Below are positions 26,539 through 34,362 of a stretch of 39,980 nucleotides of DNA, one piece after another. The position numbers and the translations under genes were made by a program. Each line of letters opens with the position of its first letter. Position 1 is the first letter of the stretch. The notes beneath the pieces were generated by a model. It saw nothing but the letters and a program-made list of their open reading frames with translations. It searched no databases and was not told the DNA's origin. The DNA is from a virus (lineage: Duplodnaviria; Caudoviricetes). The DNA is taken from the IMG/VR virus record IMGVR_UViG_3300032243_000128, positions 1 to 39,980 of that record; one strand, given 5' to 3'.

Positions 26539-28967
26539 TTAGTTGGTTTCTCCTTTTGTTGATTAAGTTGTTGTTGCATTTGCATCTGTTCACGCTGGCG
26601 CTTTAAGTCGCCTGCTTTACCCATTGCGGTGATGTTTGCCGTTGTCTTTTGGTTTTGCAGTTGACCGGCTTTGTTCATGGCATCAACTTGAAGACGCTTG
26701 TTTTCAAGGTTTAGTTTGCCCTCGACCTCTTGTTTTCTGAGCGCCAGTTCTTGTTGCTTGATTTGCAACTCTTGCTGCTGCATCTGGATCATTGGGTCTT
26801 GCTGTTGTTGCTGAGCTTGTTTCTGAGCTTGCTGTGATTGGTTTTGCTGTAGCACTTGCTGTGCAGCCTGCGCCATCATTCCAGAGAGTTGAATTTCCAT
26901 CTCTGGTGGCAGCTTCTCATCTTCGGGCGGCAGTGGCATACCCATCTGCTGTTCAATTTTCTGGCGATAGGCAAAACCTACGTGCTCAGCAACGTGCGCC
27001 ATCATTGCCGCTTGAATCTGCGGAGCTTTAGGGTTCTGGCCAACCAACTCCATGACTATCGGGTCTTGCATTGCCATCATGTGCACTTGTATATGTGACT
27101 GGTGGTCTTGGTAGAAGAACGCTTTGAGTGGTTCCAAACGCAGTGCCGCCATGTTCTCAGACACAGGATCTTTTGGTTTCTGGTCATCTGGCAGGGGCAC
27201 AAGTTTGTCGGCATCCTTGATACCCAACACCGCCAACATTTGCCTGTGAAGCTGTGGCAAGTCGTAAATATCTGGAGCCATCTGCGCCATCTGGATCACA
27301 GCTTGGTACTGCACAACGCGTTGACTCATAGTCGCTGCGTTTGGATCGCTCACAGGGATAATGTCTACGTGGTCGTAGTCTTCTTTCTTGGCCTTGCGGG
27401 TGGCATCAACCGGATCGTAGTCATAGTCAGGGTCGGTGTAGTCACGGATGATCGCGGCCAACAGACGCAGTTCTTGTTTAAATGTGTAGTGCAGACGGGC
27501 TTGTACCGCTGACATAACTTTTAGCTGGCGCTCCAAGAGAGCGAGTGTCGTACCCACAGGGGCTTGGGCAGACATGTCTGACACCTTCATGTCAGCAGTG
27601 GCGGCAAACCTGCGGCCTTCATCTACGATCTTGTCCATCAACCCAGACAAGACAAGGCTTGGTTCTTTATATGGCAGTGGCAGGATGCTGTCGCGCAGCG
27701 CACCAGAGCCAATATCTACGTCGCGCCATTCTCCGGGTGCAATCGGTGTGTCGTCTCCCTTGATGCGCATGCCACGGGATTTGAGTCCCCCGGGAAGATT
27801 TGAGAGCGTACCCGCGTCGATAAGCTGGCGCATGAGGCTGGTAGCAGATTTGGCATACCCTCCAATGAGATGGAAAAGGCCAAAGCCGTACGCTCCAAAA
27901 CCCGGGATGTATTGATAGTGAACAAAGTGTTGTCGTTTAAGCTCAAGTGGATCGTCCTGTTCCCAGTTTCTACGGATGGCCAGAACAACGTCCGTGCCTT
28001 TTATTAGGGTAACTACGTATGGCCTTGTGATTCCTGTCGGCTCGCCGTCGTCACCCTTGTCTTCATCGCCCTTTAGCACCAAGTCAACATGTGACTCGTA
28101 CAGCGTGTATCGGTCGTCGTTCAGATCAGAGAAGCCTGTTTCTTTGTCTTTGGCTTTCTTGATGTTGTCTTGTTCTTTGGTCGGGTCAGGCAACTCAATG
28201 TCACGATAGAAACCTGCTTGTTGTAGCTTGACAATCTCGTTCTTTGTCTTGCGCATGACGTGCGTCAAGCGGTAGCAGGTATCTAAATCAGACGTGCCAT
28301 ATGGCAGGAGGATGTCCTCTGCCGGTACAAATATTGAAATCTGACGGCCAATGTTGGGGTCGTAGTATACCTTCTTGAACGCTGAACCTGTAGCCGGGAG
28401 GCTCCACAACATGCGCTCATGCTCAGGGCGGAACTCGCGCATGACTTCTGTCAGCTCGTAGTTCATGTCTTCTTCAACACGCCCAGCAGCTTCTTGTTTC
28501 TCAAGGGTTTCTTTACCCAGAATTTTTGTACGTACAGGCCCTTGCGCTGGGAATGTCTCGGTGATTGTCTCTGACTGGAAGCGCACCACAGCCTCGGTAA
28601 TCATAGGGTGGAACACGCCCGACGCACCGTTCCACGGTTCAGTGCGCTCCTCATACTGGAGGCCAAGGAGTTTGAGTCCTTCCGTGTACGCCTTTTCCCA
28701 GTCCTTGCGTGATTGCTTGTCTTGGTCAATGTCGCCTTCTAGTTCAGATGCCATTGACATGATGTCATCTTCTTCCAGTGTCTCGGCTAAGTTCTCGTCA
28801 AAGGTGTCGTCCTTACCTTTACCAATACTGATCTCCAAGTCGCCTGCGTGGATGTTTACCGCTTCAGGATCAACAATTTCAATCTCAATGGGTTCCTCGT
28901 CCTGCGCCATTGACTCCATACCTTGTGGTTGTTGGAACAGAGCTTTGTCTATATTGGTGGCCATCAT
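26535..28967 (-). CDS. Portal protein
   Basis: ~810 aa after TerL (start may be ATG 28964); 'SRKDWE', 'HPMITEAVVRFQ', 'GSAFKKVYYD', 'LIDAGTLSNLP'; Gln-rich C-terminal coil like the P22 portal barrel. Confidence 0.85.
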   Translation of the reverse strand: MMATNIDKALFQQPQGMESMAQDEEPIEIEIVDPEAVNIHAGDLEISIGKGKDDTFDENLAETLEEDDIMSMASELEGDIDQDKQSRKDWEKAYTEGLKLLGLQYEERTEPWNGASGVFHPMITEAVVRFQSETITETFPAQGPVRTKILGKETLEKQEAAGRVEEDMNYELTEVMREFRPEHERMLWSLPATGSAFKKVYYDPNIGRQISIFVPAEDILLPYGTSDLDTCYRLTHVMRKTKNEIVKLQQAGFYRDIELPDPTKEQDNIKKAKDKETGFSDLNDDRYTLYESHVDLVLKGDEDKGDDGEPTGITRPYVVTLIKGTDVVLAIRRNWEQDDPLELKRQHFVHYQYIPGFGAYGFGLFHLIGGYAKSATSLMRQLIDAGTLSNLPGGLKSRGMRIKGDDTPIAPGEWRDVDIGSGALRDSILPLPYKEPSLVLSGLMDKIVDEGRRFAATADMKVSDMSAQAPVGTTLALLERQLKVMSAVQARLHYTFKQELRLLAAIIRDYTDPDYDYDPVDATRKAKKEDYDHVDIIPVSDPNAATMSQRVVQYQAVIQMAQMAPDIYDLPQLHRQMLAVLGIKDADKLVPLPDDQKPKDPVSENMAALRLEPLKAFFYQDHQSHIQVHMMAMQDPIVMELVGQNPKAPQIQAAMMAHVAEHVGFAYRQKIEQQMGMPLPPEDEKLPPEMEIQLSGMMAQAAQQVLQQNQSQQAQKQAQQQQQDPMIQMQQQELQIKQQELALRKQEVEGKLNLENKRLQVDAMNKAGQLQNQKTTANITAMGKAGDLKRQREQMQMQQQLNQQKEKPTK

Positions 28968-28973
28968 TTATCC

Positions 28974-30512
28974 TTAGTAGTACGCCGCAGACCGGCGTTT
29001 GAAAAATCGGGGTTCGTCTGGTTCATCCGTGTCAATACGGATAAAACCACCTTGTCTGACTCGCAGCAGTGCTTGGGTGGTCGTGTCAACATAGTCATCG
29101 TTCTCTCCCACAGGGAAAGACGCAACCTCTTCTATCACTTCGCGTGCCCAGCGTGTGTCAGGTGCCCACACCAGACCAGATGTAAACATGTCGGCTACGG
29201 CGTTGACACGCACCATCTTATCGTTTCCACGGCTCGGTGTAAATTCCTGCACGGGGATGCCCATGTTGCGTAACTCTTGGATCAGTGGCCCACCAGCGGC
29301 TTTCTTCTCCACAATGAACGCATCAGGCTCCCACTCTTTGTAATGTTTCAAAGCAGTAATTTTAAGTTCTGGAAATGGCATCCTATCTTTAAAACCATCC
29401 AACAAAATTACTTGCGCCGCGTTGTTCTCTTCTTCGTTGTAGAACACACCCCACGTTGTGCACGCGCTGTAGTCAGATGTGCTCTTGGTCTCGTGCGCCG
29501 TATCCCAGCTCTGGATTATGTACTCACAGTCTGGTGGTGTATCGCTTGGCCAAATGCGCCAGTGCTTTCTGGCAATGATCGCTGAGTTGTCGCTTGTCGG
29601 CTGTTGCATGTACTGGGCGTTCCAGTACTTTGGATCCATTGCAGACTTGGCACTTAGTAAAGACTCCAGCGGCCATTGCTCTGGCCAGAGCGACTTCTCG
29701 TTGTCCGTTCCTTCATGCAGGATGGCTGGTAGCTCTACGATCTCCCATGTAGGAGAGTCTGGGTTCTTTACTTGGTAGTCGATCAAACGTCCGGTCAAGT
29801 CCAGCTTACCCCAGCGCGTCATGATGACAATGATCGCACCGCCCGGCATCAAACGCTGGAGTGGGCCTGTTTGAAACCAACTCCACGCTGTATCAAACGC
29901 CAGTCGGCTGTTTGCCTTTACGTCTTGTTCTGAGTGTGGGTCGTCGATAACGAATAAATCAGCGCCGCGACCGGCAAGAGCACCACCAACACCAGCAGCG
30001 TAATACTGGCCCCCAGCAGCAGTACTCCACTTTCCAGCAGCTTTCTGGTCATCTGCAATAAGAGTTTGAGGAAACAGTTCATGGTAATGTTCATCATCCA
30101 GTAAGTTACGAACCCGACGACCAAAGTCTTCGGACAAAGAAGCTGTGTGCGTTCCCATGATGATCTTCTTATTAGGGAAATTACCTAGAAAATACGCGGG
30201 GAACAGGTAGCTGGAAAACTCAGACTTACCCATACGTGGCGCAATATTGATGATGACGCGCTTCTTTTCTCCTCTGATTACCGCATCGAAGATGCGTGCC
30301 AGCTTCCTATGATGCGGCCCAACTTTGAATCCGGGGTATACATGCTTGGCAAACTCCAACATGTTGGTGCGTCCAGACACCAGCTTATATCTCTTCTCCC
30401 TTTCTTCTAACATGTCCATGAGTTCAATCTTTTCTTTGAGGCTCATAGTGGGTAAGGCACGTTGGATTGCCTGTATTTCCCCAGTGTTTAACGTTAGACT
30501 TTCAAGATTCAT
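28974..30512 (-). CDS. terL: Terminase large subunit
   Basis: Walker A-like 'NIAPRMGKS', Walker B 'LFVIDDPH', 'IMTRW', 'AQYMQQP'; RNase H-like nuclease 'SWDTA...DDYVD'. Confidence 0.95.
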   Translation of the reverse strand: MNLESLTLNTGEIQAIQRALPTMSLKEKIELMDMLEEREKRYKLVSGRTNMLEFAKHVYPGFKVGPHHRKLARIFDAVIRGEKKRVIINIAPRMGKSEFSSYLFPAYFLGNFPNKKIIMGTHTASLSEDFGRRVRNLLDDEHYHELFPQTLIADDQKAAGKWSTAAGGQYYAAGVGGALAGRGADLFVIDDPHSEQDVKANSRLAFDTAWSWFQTGPLQRLMPGGAIIVIMTRWGKLDLTGRLIDYQVKNPDSPTWEIVELPAILHEGTDNEKSLWPEQWPLESLLSAKSAMDPKYWNAQYMQQPTSDNSAIIARKHWRIWPSDTPPDCEYIIQSWDTAHETKSTSDYSACTTWGVFYNEEENNAAQVILLDGFKDRMPFPELKITALKHYKEWEPDAFIVEKKAAGGPLIQELRNMGIPVQEFTPSRGNDKMVRVNAVADMFTSGLVWAPDTRWAREVIEEVASFPVGENDDYVDTTTQALLRVRQGGFIRIDTDEPDEPRFFKRRSAAYY

Positions 30513-31101
30513 CTGGGGTAGCCGGTAAGGGGTTGCTTACTTCTATGTCTTCAATTGGTTCAGCGTCGGTCACGTTCATGAACTTGGCAAGCTTGTCCTT
30601 GAGCTTTTTGTCGATTTCTTCGTCGGTCAGATCTGTCTTTTTGACTTCAATCTTGTCGGTGAACAATCCAACTTCCGTGACCTTGCCCAACAATCCCAAC
30701 GCTTTTAGTCGGATATTGGCGTTGGGGTTTTCGCATTCTTCCAACAGTTTGGCCACTGTGTAACCACGTAGCTCTCTAGCCTGATGCACAAATTCCCAGT
30801 CATACGCTGTCAGCATACCCACCAGATGTTGCACTGCAACAGGCGTTTTAATCTGGGTTAGATGTTCGTGCGTGATTTCTGCTGGCGCGGAAGAGATGAG
30901 GTTTGTGAAAGATGCGCGTGCCGCTTGGACTTCTGCTTGAGTGACCACTGTATCTGTGTCAGCCGCACCCAACCCTTTCAACCACTCGGTTGTATTAACC
31001 TTGGCGTCGATTACATCCGCCGGATGTTCTTTTTCAAGCGGCGTAGGTTTACCGGAGTAATCAATTACTTCAGGTTCAAATTCAATTAAGTGTTCTAGCA
31101 T
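30502..31101 (-). CDS. Terminase small subunit (putative)
   Basis: 199 aa overlapping the TerL start; 'RLKALGLLGK...VGLFTDKIEV' resembles the TerS oligomerisation C-terminus. Confidence 0.65.
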   Translation of the reverse strand: MLEHLIEFEPEVIDYSGKPTPLEKEHPADVIDAKVNTTEWLKGLGAADTDTVVTQAEVQAARASFTNLISSAPAEITHEHLTQIKTPVAVQHLVGMLTAYDWEFVHQARELRGYTVAKLLEECENPNANIRLKALGLLGKVTEVGLFTDKIEVKKTDLTDEEIDKKLKDKLAKFMNVTDAEPIEDIEVSNPLPATPDES

Positions 31102-31116
31102 CAGCGCATAAGTCCC

Positions 31117-31145
31117 TTGTACCTGCGATGCGCGGAGTGTATACT
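31117..31145 (+). promoter_or_regulatory. Sigma70-like promoter for candidate sRNA
   Basis: TTGTAC-N17-TATACT. Confidence 0.55.
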
Positions 31146-31165
31146 ACTTTTAAGTGATGCGGCAA
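31136..31165 (-). promoter_or_regulatory. Possible promoter for terS/late operon overlapping the sRNA promoter
   Basis: TTGCCG-N18-TACACT on the minus strand, 35 nt upstream of ATG 31101. Confidence 0.35.
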
Positions 31166-31239
31166 GCAGTTGTCCGTTGCTTCTCCTCGGTTGTTGGTTC
31201 GACCGTTCAGCCCCCGTCAGAAATGCCGGGGGTTTTTTT
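31152..31239 (+). ncRNA. Candidate small RNA with exposed anti-Shine-Dalgarno seed
   Basis: Promoter upstream, three hairpins, unpaired CTCCT between hairpins 1 and 2, intrinsic terminator, no plausible ORF. Confidence 0.55.
31210..31239 (+). terminator. Rho-independent terminator
   Basis: CCCCCG-tca-GAAA-tgc-CGGGGG-TTTTTTT. Confidence 0.8.
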
Positions 31240-31247
31240 ATGGATTG

Positions 31248-31265
31248 TTGTCCAGTGTTGGACAA
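31248..31265. promoter_or_regulatory. Operator-like palindrome TTGTCCA-N4-TGGACAA
   Basis: Perfect 7-bp arms; same architecture as 39132..39149. Confidence 0.55.
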
Positions 31266-31271
31266 GAGATT

Positions 31272-31318
31272 TTATAATTTTTTATAAAAATTTATAAGAG
31301 TGGTATAAAGTATTACAA
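31272..31318. repeat. Helically phased TTATAA repeats
   Basis: TTATAA at 31272, 31282, 31292; gTATAA 31303; TTAcAA 31313. Confidence 0.7.
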
Positions 31319-31504
31319 AAGTGCTGAGAATGGTTGGGGAATAGTGTTCACACGGAACGGGGCATGACGCAGCCAACAGGGGTGGTGGGGGGTAGGTGGG
31401 GTCATCCATCGGGGAAGCTTTTTAAAGTTCTCATTCCCCCCAGAGTTTTAAACTGAAGGTGTTGCTGTCGAGGGACGACAGTAACAAATGCCCTACATCG
31501 GGGC

Positions 31505-31530
31505 AAATGGGGGTGAGCTTACCCCCATTT
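31505..31530. repeat. 26-bp palindrome, copy 1
   Basis: AAATGGGGGT-GAGCTT-ACCCCCATTT. Confidence 0.95.
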
Positions 31531-31558
31531 TTTGTTAGTTAAATCAAGGAGTTCTACC

Positions 31559-31957
31559 ATGCCAAATCGTAAGTCAGTTGTTCTCGCATTCATCTCAACT
31601 AAGCAGGCGCACGATGTTGCCATTGCCAACTTAGTGGCGGACATGAAAGGCACGTCATACATCAAGTATCGTGCCGAAGCTGCTGCCATCATTGGTGCGA
31701 AGTATTCAGTTGAGCCCCATGTGAGTCAACTCAAGAAGTGGATGACATTCGAGAAGGACACAGCAGCAGAGCAGGCTTTGTCCGCATTGATGAAACACCA
31801 CCCAAAACGTCCTACCAGTGGTAGCACTGCGCCTGCTGTGACATTGCCCAAGGCAACTTTCAAGGCTGTGCAAACTACCATCATCGAAGGTGAGCTGACC
31901 AAGGCTCAATTCGAATTACTCATCAGCGAGTTGCGTGCAACCATCCAATTCGTTTAA
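31559..31957 (+). CDS. Hypothetical early protein
   Basis: ATG 31559 after AAGGAG; flanked by palindrome copies 1 and 2. Confidence 0.8.
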   Translation: MPNRKSVVLAFISTKQAHDVAIANLVADMKGTSYIKYRAEAAAIIGAKYSVEPHVSQLKKWMTFEKDTAAEQALSALMKHHPKRPTSGSTAPAVTLPKATFKAVQTTIIEGELTKAQFELLISELRATIQFV

Positions 31958-31959
31958 AC

Positions 31960-31985
31960 AAATGGGGGTGACCTTACCCCCTTTT
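31960..31985. repeat. 26-bp palindrome, copy 2
   Basis: AAATGGGGGT-GACCTT-ACCCCCTTTT. Confidence 0.95.
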
Positions 31986-32061
31986 TTCCACAGCGACACG
32001 TGCGTCCTGCCTTGTCGCTGTTTCTTTTCCTGTCCAACCAAAACCAAACGGAGATTTATCC

Positions 32062-32307
32062 ATGAACCTTGCAGTTATCCCAAGCCCTTTCACCAAGGGC
32101 GCATTTGTCATCATCCTTGCACCCCGCACAGGCACAGAGAATTTGATTCTTTGCGAATCAGAAATTGAGGGCGGTTTACCTATCGAATGGGTAAACCAAA
32201 AATTACCAGAATCAATGATTGCGCTCATCAACGAGTTGGGTTTTGGCACATACCAAATGCTTTACGAAGAAACCTGTCATCTCCGTCTTAACCCCGTCAC
32301 ACTTTAA
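32062..32307 (+). CDS. Hypothetical early protein
   Basis: 81 aa with GGAGA SD. Confidence 0.7.
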   Translation: MNLAVIPSPFTKGAFVIILAPRTGTENLILCESEIEGGLPIEWVNQKLPESMIALINELGFGTYQMLYEETCHLRLNPVTL

Positions 32308-32312
32308 GGAAA

Positions 32313-32358
32313 CTCTGCAAACTCATGCACTGCGTGGGTTTGCGGGGCAATCCTGCCC
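32313..32358 (+). other. Long G-U-rich RNA hairpin plus small hairpin (processing-site-like)
   Basis: CTCTGCAAACTCATGC/GCGTGGGTTTGCGGGG pairs fully only with 4 G-U wobbles; then GGGCA-ATCC-TGCCC. Confidence 0.6.
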
Positions 32359-32375
32359 GATAAGGAGAAACAACC

Positions 32376-32555
32376 ATGAACCAACTGAAATATCGTATCC
32401 ATCCTGACATCCAAGCAGAGCTTGCCAAGCTCAAGAAAGAACTGCGTCACCAGACGCAGGACAACCCCAAGCGAGGCTACGGCTATGCCGATGCACCCAA
32501 GACATGGGATGCATTCCGTGCTCAGTGCAAACCTGTCGAGTTCGTCCGTAAGTAA
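32376..32555 (+). CDS. Hypothetical early protein (59 aa)
   Basis: Not in ORF track; AAGGAGA SD; MNQLKYRIHPDIQAELAKLKKELR...VEFVRK; stop 3 nt before palindrome 3. Confidence 0.75.
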   Translation: MNQLKYRIHPDIQAELAKLKKELRHQTQDNPKRGYGYADAPKTWDAFRAQCKPVEFVRK

Positions 32556-32558
32556 ACC

Positions 32559-32584
32559 AAAAGGGGGTAAACCTACCCCCATTT
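32559..32584. repeat. 26-bp palindrome, copy 3
   Basis: AAAAGGGGGT-AAACCT-ACCCCCATTT. Confidence 0.95.
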
Positions 32585-32600
32585 CACAAGGAGAAACACC

Positions 32601-32828
32601 ATGCGTTCTACACACTTCCCCATCCTCAGAGATGTAGGCACAATCACCATCAAGGGTACAGAATGGCGCTTGCAAGAGTACATACCCAACCCCAAGATGC
32701 TGAACCACAAGTGGCTCACTGCCTACAGCATCAAGCTCAGCAAGAAAGAAACCTTTGTATCAGACGCGGCATTCGAAGCGTGGCTCGACAAAATGCAAGC
32801 ACCAAAACAGATGTCATTATGTCTATGA
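32601..32828 (+). CDS. Hypothetical early protein
   Basis: 75 aa with AAGGAGA SD. Confidence 0.75.
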   Translation: MRSTHFPILRDVGTITIKGTEWRLQEYIPNPKMLNHKWLTAYSIKLSKKETFVSDAAFEAWLDKMQAPKQMSLCL

Positions 32829-33135
32829 CCTGTTAAATTTCCTGAGAAAGTGTTGGAATCTTAGCTTCCATGATTTACCCCATCGTGTTAAATCTGGTAC
32901 AGCATTTCGACCAGCAACGGCGGGGATTTTTGCACGCACTGTCCTATCTATCTATCTATATAATAATATATTTATATATTAGGGTATTTATATTTGTGTG
33001 TGTTCTTTCCCCGCCGTTCTCTTTTACTTTCTTTGGCTTAGGCGTTTGTTGATTTCTTTTTTGACGGATAGCTGGACAATTTCGCACAGAATCCAGCAAC
33101 CACGGGGCTCAAAACCTGTCCGAAATTTAACACAC
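32829..33135. other. Origin-like non-coding region
   Basis: AT-rich core (~32945-32996) with CTAT repeats, nested inverted repeats and a direct repeat CCAGCAACnnCGGGG. Confidence 0.45.
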
Positions 33136-33137
33136 TA

Positions 33138-33146
33138 TGTTATAAT
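33138..33146 (+). promoter_or_regulatory. Extended -10 promoter
   Basis: TGtTATAAT, 44 nt upstream of ATG 33191; flanked by inverted TGTCCGA/TCGGACA. Confidence 0.6.
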
Positions 33147-33190
33147 GTCGGACACTATCCGTGTTTTACATTTCAAAAGGACATAATCAC

Positions 33191-33886
33191 ATGAGTTACA
33201 AGTACGAACACCTCATGCGGCTCACATCAAACGAGCTTCACAACCACTGCGAACGGCTACTAAAGAAGGGCATCAACCCCCTGCTTGTGGCTGACATCAA
33301 GAGCACAGTGCTCGAGAACAAAGCGCATCGCAAGTCACACCGAGCGCACCTCAAGCAGGTGCATAACCAATGGCGTGTCATTATGTCCCCCCTCATGCAC
33401 GAGAAGAAAGCCGTGCGTTCGCTGAGCTACTACAAGAACGCCAAGTCACCTGAGCAACGCAGTGCTGCGCTTGAGGCGTATGCCTTGGTGCTTGACACAC
33501 TTGAGCAAAAACTCAAGGCAATTGAGCGTGAGGGTACAACCCCGATGCAACACGACAAGACCAAGACACATTGGACAGACTATGTGCCACAGCACATCAA
33601 GGACAGGGTGTGTGCCTTGTTCGATGCGATACCGCACTACCCACGGCAGAAAGTCAAGCACCCATTCCCACGCACCATGCCAGAGGAACAACACGCCAAG
33701 CTCAAGGCACGACTGATACAGCGTACTGAGAAAGACCTACGCCGTGCCAAGCAGGATGCACTACTCAACCCAGACAACGAAGAGATAAAAGCCCTTGTCA
33801 AACGAATTACAGATGCGCTTGTCTTTATCGACAAGCTCGAACCGAACGAACCTGTGCCAACAACGTGGCACGGATTAAAGATTTGA
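33191..33886 (+). CDS. Hypothetical basic helical protein
   Basis: ATG 33191 after AAAGGA; 'HWTDYVP', C-terminal 'VPTTWHGL'. Confidence 0.8.
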   Translation: MSYKYEHLMRLTSNELHNHCERLLKKGINPLLVADIKSTVLENKAHRKSHRAHLKQVHNQWRVIMSPLMHEKKAVRSLSYYKNAKSPEQRSAALEAYALVLDTLEQKLKAIEREGTTPMQHDKTKTHWTDYVPQHIKDRVCALFDAIPHYPRQKVKHPFPRTMPEEQHAKLKARLIQRTEKDLRRAKQDALLNPDNEEIKALVKRITDALVFIDKLEPNEPVPTTWHGLKI

Positions 33887-33911
33887 AATGGGGGTAGGTT
33901 TACCCCCAATT
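33886..33911. repeat. 26-bp palindrome, copy 4
   Basis: AAATGGGGGT-AGGTTT-ACCCCCAATT, overlapping the TGA stop. Confidence 0.95.
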
Positions 33912-33972
33912 GGTCAGCGGAGATTGGGCTATGCCGCTGACCACCTCGATACTAGCCTATTGGAGAAGCAAA

Positions 33973-34206
33973 ATGAAACCAACTTTGTTCAAAGTGAAAT
34001 GTGTAGACGACAGCGCCAGCCACGGCTACTTGACAGCGGGGCAAGAGTACGAAGTCATTGAGGTGCTCGAGCCTGACACGATGGGGCTTATCAACACGCG
34101 AGGTAAGCACGAAGGTGAGATAACAAACAACGAAGAGACTGTGTACCAGTTGGCGAAGCAACCCTTCGCCCGTTGGGATGCAAGCCGCTTTGAGATTGTC
34201 AACTAA
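33973..34206 (+). CDS. Hypothetical small beta protein
   Basis: ATG 33973 after GGAGAAGC; 'KVKCVD...LTAGQEYEV...SRFEIV'. Confidence 0.75.
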   Translation: MKPTLFKVKCVDDSASHGYLTAGQEYEVIEVLEPDTMGLINTRGKHEGEITNNEETVYQLAKQPFARWDASRFEIVN

Positions 34207-34218
34207 AGGAGAAGCATC

Positions 34219-34362
34219 ATGAAAGTGAGAAAGATAAAACAACGACAGCTCACGCTGTTCAAGCGCCACGCATTCAAAAGATTCTTGGCAAAGATAGACG
34301 CAGGCGGTTACACCGCATACGACTGGAGAGACGACAGCTTTTGGGAGGAGAAAGCATTGTGA
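34219..34362 (+). CDS. Hypothetical protein (47 aa)
   Basis: Not in ORF track; AAGGAGAAGC SD; MKVRKIKQRQLTLFKRHAFKRFL...EEKAL; GTGA overlap with next gene. Confidence 0.65.
   Translation: MKVRKIKQRQLTLFKRHAFKRFLAKIDAGGYTAYDWRDDSFWEEKAL

Noticed and set aside
375-31089. Numerous plus-strand ORFs in the late arm (e.g. 4754..5461, 16778..17230, 28465..28977)
   Set aside because: They are antisense shadows of tightly coupled minus-strand genes, with no SD or recognisable motifs. Only the HNH gene is accepted.
31176-31190. AGGAGAAGC on the minus strand as the SD of terS or of a leader peptide
   Set aside because: No ATG/GTG/TTG at normal spacing, and the terS start is ~75 nt away.
32755-33186. 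ORFs 32755..32982, 32870..33052 and 32998..33186
   Set aside because: No SD, weak starts, and low-complexity I/Y/F translations of an AT-rich repeat region; more likely non-coding.
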